From the NCBI RefSeq assembly GCF_009914755.1, contig NC_060926.1: a stretch of DNA of 64,000 nt. One strand, written 5' to 3'. Below are positions 51,635 through 64,000 of this stretch, piece after piece. This DNA is from the human T2T-CHM13v2.0 reference genome, Homo sapiens. Position 1 is the stretch's first letter. Every line of letters begins with the position of its first letter. The position numbers were made by a program, and so were the translations under genes. A model generated the notes under the pieces. That model did not search any database. It was not told where the DNA came from and saw only the letters and a list, made by a program, of their open reading frames with translations.

Positions 51635-52551
51635 TGTATTACTCATCAATTGCTGCATAACAAGTTACCCCAAATCTTAGTGGCTTAAAACCCTATTTAT
51701 CCCACAGTTTTTTGTGCACCAAGAATCCTGGTACAGCTTATTGGATCCTGTCTTAGGCTCTCTCATAGGCAGGAATCAAGTTGTTAGCCTGGACTGTCTT
51801 CATCTCAAGATTCAACTGAAGGTAGATTTGTTTCCAAGCTCACTTGTGGTTCTTGACAGGATTCAGCTTTTATGTGTGTGTGTGAGCTGTTGAATTGAGG
51901 GCTTCATTTCCTTGCTGGCTCTTGGCCAGACGCCACCTTCAATTCCATGCCACATGCACCTTCCCATAAAGCAGTTCCCATTATGGCAGCTGTCTTCACT
52001 GAGTTGATCAAGCTAGAAGAACTAGAGTATGAACAAGTTGGAAGTCAGTCTTGTGTAACCTAATCTCGGAAGTGACATCCCACTACTTTTGCTGTATTCT
52101 ATTTATTAGAAGTCAGTCACTAGTTAGAAGGATATGGTTTGACTGTGTCCCCACCCAAAATCTCATCTTGAATTGTAATCCCTATAATCTCCACGTGTGA
52201 AGGGAGAGACCAGGTGGAGGTAATTGAATCATGGGGGTGGTTTCCCCTGTGCTGTTCTTGTGATAGTGAGTGAGTTCTCACGAGATCTTATGGTTTTAAA
52301 AGGGGCTCTTCCTCCTTCGTGCGTCACTCTCTGTTGCCTGCTGCCATGTAATGTGTGCCTGTTTTGCCATGATTTTAAGTTTCCTGAAGCCTCCTGAGCC
52401 CTGCAGAACTGTGAGTCAATGAAACCTCTTTTCTTTATAAAAGTCTTGGGCAGTTCTTTGCAGCAGTATGAAAATGGACTAATACATTAGTAAATGTGAA
52501 TACCAGGAGGCAGGGATTGTTGGGGGCTACTTTAGAAGGCTGCCTACCACA
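51635..52551 (-). mobile_element. MLT1F-type MaLR LTR, interrupted by THE1
   Basis: TGTATT...tgctgcataacaagttaccccaaatcttagtggcttaaaac...ggaagtgacatcccactacttttgc...GCTGCCTACCACA. Confidence 0.88.
52130..52486 (+). mobile_element. THE1C/D solo LTR nested in MLT1F
   Basis: GATATGGTTTGACTGTGTCCCCACCC...GGACTAATACA; flanks TTAGAA/TTAGTA. Confidence 0.93.
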
Positions 52552-54068
52552 ATAGCCATGTAACCTTGAAAATTTGCTTAAGCTGTTTTGCTCGGTTTCC
52601 TTACCTGGGAAACAGGAATACTAATAGAACCCACCTGTTAGGGCTGCAGTGCTAAACATACTAAGAATGTATATGCTAGTGATTAGCAAAGTGCTACACA
52701 CAAAGCAAAATTCAGTACAATAATACTGTGCTATTATACCTGTTATTTTTTAGCTATGTCATCTCTTTTTAGGTTGATTCTTTCTTCATAAAGTGAGAAT
52801 TGGATGATCTCTAAGTTTCCTTGTAAGCCCAAGGAGTTTACTGATTTTGTAGACTTAGGAATCCATAGACTTCTTCATTTTCAACAATCTAACCTTTTTT
52901 GGACCCCACATTAGCTTTTCCCCCTCGCTCTTATAATACCTAATTGGGATCACATAGAAAAAAAACCCTGATGTTTCTGAAGGAGAGATTCTATTAATGT
53001 TTGGGACAAATCAACTGTTGCAGGGGCCCTGCCCTGAGAACCAAAGTTTTATGAATTTTAGTCCGCATTCTGCCAGTTGAAACAAGTTCTTTAACCTCTC
53101 CCGTCTCAGTTCGTATAATTCACGGAGGGTGAGTTGGACTGGATGAGATAGCATTCCTTCTAGCTTAAAAGTCTTTGGAACTAATTTCCGTTTGCTGCAT
53201 ATATTGGTTTTTAATTCTCCTTTCCATGTGTTCCATATGTAGTTATTTAGGGACAATTTCCTCAGGCATTTTCAGAACATTCTCAATTTTACAAAGATTA
53301 TAGGATACAATTATAGCTTATATGATTTTAGGAACTATGACATTGTAAAGAAAAATTATTGTGATAATCAGTAAACCTCTAAGATATTCTTACAAAGGCC
53401 ACTTTTAGAAAATCACAGAAAATGAAGTCGGGTGATGTTATTTGTATGCATCAGGTGAAAAAAATACTCCCAAATGAGGAAAAATATTTTGGGACTTTTG
53501 AGTTGACTAGAATTCAAAGTAAAAAAAAAAAAAAAAGCCAGATTATTTTCTGTAATGATTCAACTCATTGGACATTTCTTGAGGTGTCAGTTATACCTTC
53601 TTAGAAATAGCTCTAGACATTTACAAGTTGTTAGAATAAAATAAACAAATGAATTAAAAAACCAACCAGATCTTGTGCATCCAGAGAGGTTCAATCTCTT
53701 CCAAACAATAATTTTTTTAGGATGCTATTATTGCTTAATTGTCTTTGAAATTCCTTTCCTGAAGCTACCTGTAGAATCTGAGGCATATGCTTTTGAACAT
53801 GCTCACTGATGAAAACTATTTTTTTCCTGAAATCAAATCCGCGGTCAAAAATCATTTAGAAGTAAGAACAGTAGGTGAAAGGGCAGATCAAACTGGATAG
53901 TACTTTTTAGTGTATAAAATAGGGAACAACAGCAAGATGAGTGATTTTCTTACATTGAGAACTAGCTCCAAAGGTGGTTCAAAAGAGAACTCCTTAAATT
54001 GTTTAGAATGAGGAGTCAACATAAAAAACGCTTTGTGTCTTTTGTCATGTTAAAAAATGAGTCTCACA

Positions 54069-54137
54069 AACTTACATGACACAAGTTTACCAATGAAACA
54101 AACCTGCATATGTACCACTGAACTTACAAGTTAAAAC
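54069..54137 (+). mobile_element. Very short L1PA (about PA13-16) 3' terminus
   Basis: catgacacaagtttacc...aacaaacctgcatatgtacc.ctgaactta with perfect 17-bp TSD AAAAAATGAGTCTCACA (54052-54068, 54138-54154). Confidence 0.9.
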
Positions 54138-54194
54138 AAAAAATGAGTCTCACAGTTTGCATGAAGTGTTACTTGATTTCAACCTGAAGCATCT

Positions 54195-54350
54195 TGGTAG
54201 TCAATTCAAATTCTGGTTCTGCCACTTAGGAACTGTGTGACATTGGGAAAGACTTGGTTTCCCAGAGCTTCATTTTTTCTTACAATGTGGGAAATATGTC
54301 ACAGAGATGAGATGAGTGTTCAGTGAGGATGTGTGAATATATCTCACAAA
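54195..54350 (+). mobile_element. MIR fragment
   Basis: ttcaaattctggttctgccactta...ctgtgtgacattgggaaag. Confidence 0.7.
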
Positions 54351-54484
54351 CTTTAATGGGTAATACCCAAGATAGTTATTAATAATGCCATTTTATGCAT
54401 AATTTCTTATATAAATTTAATTAAACTATAAGCTCATAAAATATTCCTATCAAATATGATAGGAAAAATAAGGGAGAGATTTTC

Positions 54485-54755
54485 AGGATACTTATTGCCA
54501 ATCCAGGCACCCTACTAAGCTCTTTATAATTTTTATTATAAGCTCTTTATAAATTATATTGAAATTTACTTGTATAATTTTAAATTTAGTTATTATGAAC
54601 ACTACAAGTTTCCATTGTATAGGTGAGAAAACTAAGGTTTAGAGAGTTTAATTTTGCCAGAGTTATAAAACTAGCAAATGATGGAGCTGAGGGTGGGGTC
54701 CAGATCTGAATGACTCCCAAACCAATGTTTTAAAAGCCCTATGTTACACTGCTTC
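54485..54755 (-). mobile_element. MIR
   Basis: ccattgtataggtgagaaaactaaggtttagagag...gatggagctgagg...ctgaatgactcc. Confidence 0.7.
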
Positions 54756-54813
54756 CATTTCTGGCAACAATGTGAAGAGAAAAAGGAATGTACAAGACTT
54801 TGTTATATTGCAC

Positions 54814-54998
54814 CAGTAATTACCAGACTTATTTGCATATGAGAATTACCCTGAACGTATAAAAACCATTGCAGCATCCAGGGCACACCAGAAATCAATT
54901 AAATTCCTTGAGGGTTGAATCCAGATATTAGCCTTAAACAAGCAAAACAGAAAGCTGTTCAGGTGATTCCAACATGCAGCCAAGTTTGAAACTCCATG
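54814..54998. mobile_element. MER5A/B
   Basis: gcatatgagaattaccctg...caggtgattccaacatgcagccaagtttgaaac. Confidence 0.7.
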
Positions 54999-55044
54999 TG
55001 TTTTAAGGTCAGTCCCTGAGACTGACTAGGAGATTTGTGATGAC

Positions 55045-55235
55045 TGTGGGCTTGGGAGTAAGATGGTTCTAACTCCTGTTTGGCTGCTTAGGAGTTGTAT
55101 GATTACGGACAGGTTACTGCCCTTCTCTAAACCTCAAATGATACTGAAAACATGTATTTGTGGGTAAAATAAAATAACCCAAGAAATGTTCCAGCACACT
55201 GCCTGGACCTACCAAGTAGTGCCTGGTGGTAGTAA
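55045..55235 (+). mobile_element. MIR
   Basis: caggttactgcccttctctaaacctca...ccagcacactgcctgg. Confidence 0.55.
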
Positions 55236-56752
55236 TACTTTGTTTCTCAAGCTCATTCTCTGCACAGATTTTCGGTTGCTTCTTGAAACTTTTAAGCATG
55301 TGATCTGCTGCCCCTGAGTGAAAGCAAGAGGCTACTATTGGCTCCTAAGTCTCTTTTGAATCATAATGTTATGCCATTTTTATTTGGGACGTGTATTTCT
55401 ATAAGTGGTTCACAATATTTAGCAATGGAAACAATGGCTTATCTTGGGAGTAACCCAAGCCACTTGGTAATGAGAATAGTTATTTGATGATTTGATAGTT
55501 AATATTGGTGTTCTGGAAATGGCCATGTACATATGTTTATAGATGTGTGTTTTCTGTTTTTTGTTTTTTTGGGTAGATGTCACCCTTTCCCCTTATAGCT
55601 TGTTTACTTTCCTCACACAGGTGTAGGCAGGCAGCAGCGTTGTTTGAATTAGTCTTTTAAGTGAGTGTTTAATGAAGATGAGTAATTGCTTGCAGCTGCA
55701 TGTATCTGTAGGGATTTGATTTTCTTCTAGTAGAGAACAAGGTGATTTTCCAGACAACTTTGGAGAGGGTGATCTTGGTTGTCCCCACATACTTGAGAGT
55801 GACTGCCTCTTGCACCAAAATGCCATGAAACTTCCTGCTTCCCTCCAGAAGACACCATCCTAGCTGGGGTATAGGCAGCTCATTTTATCTTAGAGAAGGT
55901 TTCCCCCTTCAATATAAAAGGTAATCAATGTGGTTTCAAGTGAAGATTATAAACATGAATGGCTCCTTGAGGGTGTGGCACTATGGCCTGATCAACCCTA
56001 GATTTGTTTCCACTTTCCCCCTAATTAAGACTGAAGTTTGAACTGCTGGCATGGTTGAAAGTAGATTCTGAGATTTTTTCACTTAGAAACAGGATTTTCT
56101 AGAGTCGATCTATGCAGAGACCTTGTAGGGGAAAGAACAGGATTGGCACCAAACATTGGGGTTTAGAAGTCATAAGTAGGACCTAAGAGAGGCAACCAAG
56201 GAACCACAGAGTTGAGTGACTGGACTAAGACCCTTAACCAGTGGCAGGGCTGGATTCTAAGTGTGTATCTGAGTTCCTCCAAAGCGTATTCTTTACTTCA
56301 TACAATTCCCTGAATATCCTCACCTGTGAGGAGGCAGAATCCTTTCATCCCTCAATGGCAATGGAAATGCATGTACGCATCTTACCCAATGGGTGTGTTC
56401 TTGAAGAGTTGTGAGAAAAATTGCTTTTATAAATCAAATCACATACCATGTTTACAAGGAATATTAATATTTAAAAGGAATTCAATCTTAAATCTTTTTT
56501 GAATTCTTGGTAAATGTAGATGTTATTCAAAGTGAGGCTTCGGTGTAGTCATAATCATTAAACTGCTAGCAAATGTTATTCTAATATATTAGTCCATGAT
56601 ACCATAAGATGGATTAATTTTTATTACAAAGTACGATTCTTGATTTTTTTTTTTGGTGAAGTTGTGTTTGATGAGGAAGTGCTATCAAATTACAAAAGGA
56701 GAATTGACCAAGCAGGAGAGTTGAGCTCTATCAAGCCAGCTACTTGTTTTAT

Positions 56753-56768
56753 CCACTAGAGGGTAGCA
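56753..56768 (+). promoter_or_regulatory. Candidate CTCF site
   Basis: CCACTAGAGGGTAGCA is one mismatch from CCACTAGAGGGCAGCA, in unique sequence. Confidence 0.4.
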
Positions 56769-58849
56769 TTGGCATTGGAATGACACGTAGACATTTACAG
56801 TTTTTCAAATTGAAAGAGCTGCCTGTGAAATGCAGACTATTGCCAAATCTACAATATATTAAATGATTTGATAAACAATTTGATATGACGGAAAACACCA
56901 CATGATTGTAATTGGATTCTTCTGTATTACTGGGCGATGTACACCCTGAAGGACATTCTTAAGGCCCACTACCTGTGTCTTGTGGGGGTGGTTACTTTGG
57001 GCCTCAAGCCAACCATGTGCCATTTGGGACTAAGACCTTTCCTTCTCACCTTTCCAGCTCAATTCCTGCTTTACTTCTCCATTTGCAAATTGTCAGCATG
57101 CTGGAGAATCTCAGTGTGAATTACCTTCCCTTTCCTTCAACCTAAAGCCGTACTTACCATAGAAGTTGATTCTTTTAATGAGTCTCTTGAGGAATTCAAC
57201 ACTTGTGACAGGCATTTCTGCTTATCCTCACTAGAATGCTGTGAGGGGCCTGAGGACTGCCGTCCTCATGCCTTTTAACATAGAAAGACAAAGTCCTCAT
57301 GTCATTTCACATCACCCTTCTGCTTGGTAGTGGAGCCAGGGCTGGATTCTGGTTGTGTTTTGTCTAACTCATCATTGACTGAGTGGTTTCCAGTGCTTAG
57401 CAGGGACTTCCTAGGTGTATGACACTTTTTTTTTTTTTTAACTTAGCCCCTCATCCACCACATTGCTACTAGCAGTAACTACAAAACCACCAGACTACAG
57501 TAGTAGGTCCGTATACAGAACAAGATATTTAAAAGAGGTTGTTTTATCCAAGAAAGAAGTATTTTTGTTGTTCAAAATATTAATCTGTGAGAGGCACTAA
57601 CATTCAGACCACAGCAGGCAGCAAACAATGAGCTTGTCTTGGAACTCACAGTTCTCCACCTGGCCTGGTAGCTGTACTACAAACATAGTATGTTCTTAAT
57701 CGCTTTATGTTCTTTTTTGCATTTTTAGAATTTTTTTGATAGATAATATTTGTATGTTTTGAGATTCATGTGATATTTTGTTACATGCAGAGTGTTGTAA
57801 TGATCAAACCAGGGTATTAGGATATCCATCACCCCAAATATTTATCATTTCTATGTGTTGGGAACATTTCAAGTCCTCGCTTCTAGCTATTTTGAAATAT
57901 ACCATATGTTGTTAACTATAGTCACTCTACTCTGCTGTTGAATATAACTTTTTCCTTTTACCTGTATGTTTGTACCCATTAACTAACCTCTCTTCTTTCC
58001 CCTATCCCCAACACAGATCCTTCCCAGGATCTGCTATCTATCATTGTACTCTACCTCCATGAGATCAACTTTTTAAAGCTCCTACATGAGAACATGGGAT
58101 ATTTGTCTTTCTGTGCCTGGCTTATTTCACTTAACGTAATTATGTCCACTTCCATCCATGTTGCTGCAAATGACATGATTTCATTCTTTCTAATGGCCCA
58201 GTGGTACTCCATTGTGTATATATATATACCACATTTTCTTTATCCATTCATCTGATAATACTTAAGTTGATTTCATAGCTTTGCTATTGTGAATGGTGCT
58301 GCAATAAACACGGGGGCCACAGGTATCCCTTTGAAATAATGATTTCCTTTCCTTTGGCTAAATAGCCAGTAGTGGTATTGCTGGATCATAAGATAGTTCC
58401 ATTTTTACTTTTTTGGAGAAATCTTCATTTTTTTTTTATAGTGGCTGTACTAATTTACGTTCCTACTAATAGTGTCTAAGAGTTCCCTTTTCTCCACATC
58501 TTCACCGGCAACTGCTATTTTTTTTGCCTTGTTTCTAATAGTACTTCTAACTGGGGTAAGATGATATTTCATTGTGGTTTTGATTTCATCTACCTGATGA
58601 TTAGTGATGTTGAGTATTTTTTCATATACCTGTTGACCCATTTACCTGTTGTATGTCTTCTTTTGAGAAATGTCTATGACATTTACTCACTTTTTTATGA
58701 GATTATTTGTTTTGCTGTTGAGTTTACTTTAATGTCTACTGATTACTAAGTCCCTTGTCAGATGAATAATTTGCAAATATTTTCTCCCATTCAACAGATG
58801 TCTGTTCACTCTATTGATTTCTAGTGTATGCAGAAGTTTTCCAGTTTAT

Positions 58850-58975
58850 TTATTTTTTAGAGACAGTCTTGCTCTGTTACCCAGGCTGGAGTGCAGTCGC
58901 ATGAATGTAGTTCACTGCAGCCTCCAACTCCTGGGTTCAAGTGATCCTCCCTCCTCAACCTCCCAAAGTGCTGAG
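58850..58975 (-). mobile_element. FLAM-like Alu monomer inside the L1
   Basis: gagacagtcttgctctgttacccaggctggagtgcag...cactgcagcctcc...cctcccaaagtgctg. Confidence 0.85.
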
Positions 58976-59089
58976 CTGCTTTTCAATTTAATAAAGTCCC
59001 ACTTGTCTATTTTGTTTCTGTTCCCTGTGCTTTTGAGGTCTGAGCCATAATAAAATCTTAACCTAGACCAATGTTACCATGTTTTCCTT

Positions 59090-59455
<366 letters not shown>

Positions 59456-60362
59456 TAATAGATTTATAGTTTTGGGTTTTACATTTACCTTTAATCCATC
59501 TTCACTTGATTTTTACATATGGTGAGATAGGGATCCGGTTTCATTCTTCTGCATGTTGATATTCAGTTTTCCCAGCAGTATTTATTGAAGAGAGTGTCCT
59601 TTTCCCAATATGTTCTTGGGACCTTTATAAAAAAAAATCAGTTTGTTGTAACTATGTGAATTTATGTATGGGGCCTCTGTTTCTTTCCACTGGCCTATGT
59701 GTCTGTTTTTATACTAGTACCATGCAATTTTGGTTACTAGAGTCTTGTAACATATTTTGAAGTCAGGTGGTGTGATGCCTCCAGCTTTGTTCTTTCTACT
59801 CAGGATTGCTTTGGCTATTCTGGCTCTTTTCAGCTTCCATATAAATTTTTGGATTGTTTTTTCTATTTCTGTGAAAAATGACATTAGTATTTTGATAGGG
59901 ATTGCATTGGATCTGTAGATTGCTTTTGGTAGTATGGTTATTTTAACAATATTCTTCTGACGCATGAGCATGGGATGTCTTTCCATTTATTTGTGTTCAA
60001 CTTTTTTCATCAGTGTTTTGTACTTTTCCTTATAGAAGTCTTTCACCTTTTTGGTTAAATCGATTCGTAGGTATTATATTTTACTTCTATAGCTGTTGTA
60101 AATGGGATTGTTTTCTTGATTGCTTCATCAGCTAGGTCACTAATCATGTATAGAAATGCTATGATTTTTGCATGTTGATTTTGTTTCTTGCAACTTCACT
60201 GAATGTATATATCAAATTGAGGGTTTTTAATGGAGTTTTTAGTTTTTTCTAGATATAAGATTAAGTTATTTGCAAAGAGAGCAACTTGACTTCCTCTGTT
60301 CCAATTTGAATGCCTTTTATTTCTCTTACCTGATTGGTCTGGCTAGGACTTCTAATATTATG

Positions 60363-60735
60363 TGATATGGTTTGGCTGTATGTTCCCACCCAAATCTCAC
60401 CTGGAATTGTAATCTCCATAATCCCTACATGTCAAGCGCAGGACCAGGTAGAGGTAATGGGATCTTGGGGGCAGCTTCCTCCATGCTATTCTCATGATAG
60501 TGAGTTCTCATGAGATCTGATGGTTTCATAAGCATCTGGCATTTCCCCTGCTTGTGCTCACTCTGACCTTCCTCCCTACAAAGTTGTGTGCTTCTCCTTT
60601 TCCTTATGCCATGATTGTTAAGTTTCCTGAGGCCTCCCCAGCAATGCAGAACTGTGAGTCAATTAAACCTCTTTTCTTTATAAATTACCCAGTCTCAGGC
60701 AGTTCTTTATAGCAGTGTGAGAATGCACTAATACA
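60363..60735 (+). mobile_element. THE1D solo LTR inside the L1
   Basis: TGATATGGTTTGGC...CACTAATACA; near-TSD TTATG/TTAAG. Confidence 0.93.
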
Positions 60736-63700
60736 TTAAGTAAAATTCTAGTGGTGAAAGTGAAACTCTTTCCCCTAGGAACTCTTTCTAGTTCTTAGGG
60801 GAAAGAATGTCAGCTTTTCCCCACTCAATATCATGTTTACTGTGGGTTTGTCATATACAGCCTTTGTTATGTTGAGGTAAGTTCTCTTCTGTGCCTACTT
60901 TGTTGAGAGGTTTTATCATGAGGAAATGCTGAATTTTATCAGATGCTTTTTAAAAATCTATTGAGAAGAGCATATGGTTTTTGTCCTTCATTCTGTTGAT
61001 GTGATGTATCACATTTATTGATTTGTGCGTGTTGAACCATCTTTGCATCCCTGGGATAAATCTTACCTGATTGTGGTGTTTCATCTTTTTGATGTGCTGT
61101 TGGATTTGGTTTGCTAGTATTTTTTTGAGGAATTTTGTATCTATGCTTATCAGGGATATTGGTCTGTAGTTTTCTTTGTTGTTGTTGTGTCTTTGTCTGG
61201 TTTTGGTATCAGGATAATGCTGGCCTTGTAGAATGAGTTGGGAAGAATTCCCTCCTTCTCAATTTAAGATAGTTTGAGAAGAATTGGTGTTGTTTGCAAG
61301 TTGGGTAGAATTTGGCAGTGAAGCCATCTAGTCCTGGGCTTTTCTGTGTTGGGAGACTTTGCTACTGATTCAAACTCTTTGCTCCTTACTCTGTATAGGT
61401 ATTCTATTCCTGATTCAATCTTGGTAGGTTGTATGTGTCCAAAAATTTGTTCATTTCCTCTAGGTTTTCCACCTTTGTTGGCATATAGTTGTTTATAATT
61501 GTCTCTGATCTTTGTTGTTTCTGTAGTACCAATTGTAATGTTTCCTTTTTCATTTCTGATTGTTTGGGTTTTCTCTAGTTTTTTCCTTGGTTGGTCTAGC
61601 TATTGATTTTGTTTATCTTGTCAAAAAACCAACTTTTCATTTTATTGATTTTTTTATATTGTTTTTGGTCTCTTTTGTTTAGTTCTGTTCTAATTTTAAA
61701 ATTTATTTCCTTCTACTTGTGTGTTTGGTTTTTCTTTCTCTTTTAGTTCCTTGAAGTGCATTGTTAGACGGCATATTTGAAATCTTTCTACTTTTTTGAT
61801 GTAGGCATTTAGTGCTGTGTACTTCCATCTATATCCCATAGGTCTTGGTATACTGTATTTCAAGATATTTTTTGATTTGCTCAATTTCTTCATTGATCCA
61901 GTGGTCATACTGGAGCATGTTGTTTAATTTTCATGTATTTGCAGTTTTCAAAGTTTCTCTTGTTATTGCTTTTAGCTTTATTCCATTGTGGTCTGAAAAG
62001 ATACTTGATGTGACTTCCATTTTTAAAAATTTGTTGAGGCTTGTTTTGTGGCCTAACATATGGTCTATCCTGGAGAATGTTCCATGTGTTGGTAAGAAGA
62101 ATGTGTATTCTGCAGCTGTTGGATGAAATGTTCTATAAATGTCTGTTAGGTCATTGAATTATTCATTTCCAGAATTTCTGTTTGATTATTTTTTATGATA
62201 TCTCTTTGGTAAATTTCTCATTCATATCCTAAACTGTTTTTCTGATTTCTTTGTATTATTTACCTGTGTTCTCTTGTATCTCATTGAGCTTCTTTAATTA
62301 TCTTGAATTATTTTTCCAGGATTTTTGTAAGTTTTTTTCATTGTAATCTGTTGCTAGATAATTATTGTATTTCTTTGGAGGTGTCATATTTTCTTATGAT
62401 TTTTGTGTCCTCACATTGATATCTGGTGCATCTGGAGTAACAGCGGCTTCTTCTAATTTTTTGGATTTGCTTTCTTGGGAGGACTTCTCCTGAAGATGTA
62501 TCTATGGTGTTGGTTGGTTAGGGCACTTTGGCTTTGATTCTGGGTGCATGCAATGGTCTAGTCTCTGTATAATTTCTTTGCTTGTAAACAGTGTCAGTGG
62601 TGTCTGATTTCCTTAGTGGTTTAGGGTGCAGTCATTAGTAGAGGCTGTGGTGAAGATTTGCTGGGGATGAAGACACCAGCTGTGTCAGTCCTCATCTGCA
62701 GTGATGACAGTAGTAGGTGGAACATGCCTGTCCTTGGGCAACAGGGCAGTGCACGTGCCAGCACCAAGTGGTTCCAGGTAGGCTGATTCTTGGGCCTCCA
62801 GATGGCTTACTCAGGTGAAGACAGCAGCAGCAGCAGCAAGGGGCCAGGCAGGCTGGTGGGCCCTTGGGACCCTGGACAGCAGGCATGGTATGAGTGATGG
62901 CAGTAGTAGTGGCAGGAAAACCCTCTGCCTCCCCAGCTGTCTGTACTGGTGTTGGTGGGGGCTGTGATGTGCTGGGTGGGCCAGTCCCCAGGCCCACAGG
63001 TGGTGCATACAGGTGGGTTCCAGCTATGATGATAGCCGCAGGCTGGGTGGGTCTATCCTTAGGCCCTTGTTAAGAGTACTCAGGTGCCAACAGTAGTGGA
63101 TGGGGTGGGGCAATCCCCAGTCCACTGAACAGCATGCTTGAGCACTAGGGGGCATGGAGCCAGGCTGGATGGGTCTGTCTTTGGGGCTCCCAGTGGCGCA
63201 TATGGGCAAGGGCTGTGGCGGGCAGAGCTGGGTGATCGCCAACCCCCCAGTGTAGTGCTCAGGTGATAGTGGCAGTGGTGGATGGGGAAGCCTGTACCAG
63301 TGTGCATGCAAGTGGCTGCAGCCCTGCTGATGGGAAAGTGAGGTTGCTGTCAGTGGCAGCAGCTGTAGGCAGGCAGTTGAGGAGCTTGTGTTTTGGCCAC
63401 AGGTGGGGCTGTGGGTGTGGGAGCTTGTCCTCAGTTCATATGTAAACGCACAGCAGCACCATTACTGGGGCTGGCAGGGTTGTTGCCCACGGCTTGCTTT
63501 TCAGCCCAGTGGCAGCAGCCAGCAACGGTGGTGGCTGTAGGTAAGAATCTGTCCTCAGGGTGTGTGCAAATGTGTGTCAGCCCCACTGCCAGGAGTGATG
63601 GATTGCTGCCTGTGGCTCATGCTTCAGGCCTGATGGCAGCAGCTAGTAAGGCTGCGGGTGGAGGATGTCAGGGGGCCCCAGAGATGTGGAGATGCAAGGG

Positions 63701-64000
63701 CTGTTGAGCCCCGGGGCAGGATGCAGGTGGGTGGGGGTTGGGCTCTCAAAATAGTATTCTGCTTAAGCTCCTTAGGTCTGGGGCAGGTGTGGGATCCAGC
63801 CTCAGCTTTGTTTCTGGAGAAAAACTTTGTGCTGTCTCCTTGGAGCTCCCTAAGTTAATCTCAGGGCCTGGAAGGTCAAGGGCTCTCCTGTCACTGAGAT
63901 CGCAGGAGTCTGTGGTGGGAATGTGGACCTTTTGGGGATCTTTCACTTACCTTTCCCTGCACTGGGCAGCCTCTCTGGGCTCCTCTCTCCTTCCTTATTT

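Larger units (their letters stand above)
51565..52740 (+). mobile_element. MIR split by an MLT1F insertion (parts about 51565-51634 and 52552-52740)
   Basis: 5' half gactttgaagttagatacc...aactag resumes as ccatgtaaccttg...ctcggtttcctta after the LTR. Confidence 0.7.

Noticed and set aside
62690-64000. GC-rich end of the window as a gene promoter or CpG island
   Set aside because: CpG-poor and collinear with the antisense L1, so best read as its old 5' UTR; the ORFs there look spurious.

Overview
Simian-primate (most likely human) non-coding DNA: AT-rich, CpG-depleted and dense in interspersed repeats. I find no supportable protein-coding gene, RNA gene or CpG island. The only ORFs with recognisable homology come from LINE-1 ORF2, THE1 internal sequence or Alu. 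Repeats recognised by eye: five AluS (all minus strand), two FLAM-like monomers, a TSD-flanked two-LTR THE1 element, four THE1/MST solo LTRs, MER21A/B, LTR47-like and MLT1 LTRs, a 5'-inverted L1PA8A-like insertion, a long decayed L1MA3-like copy, older L1M/HAL1, L2, L3/CR1, MIRs, and DNA transposon fossils (MADE1, MER58A, MER6A, MER5, Tigger3a, MER20, MER1B, MER45A, MER102). Subfamily names come from remembered consensus features, not a database search. Signals not explained by these repeats: (1) a perfect 20-bp inverted repeat about 0.85 kb apart, each arm carrying a consensus NRF2/NF-E2 ARE; (2) a minus-strand exon-like unit built around a (UG)n tract; (3) a 103-bp tandem duplication that copies a strong minus-strand splice acceptor; (4) an L1 with twin-priming inversion and an apparent short 3' transduction. 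I see no evidence of a new multi-gene system.
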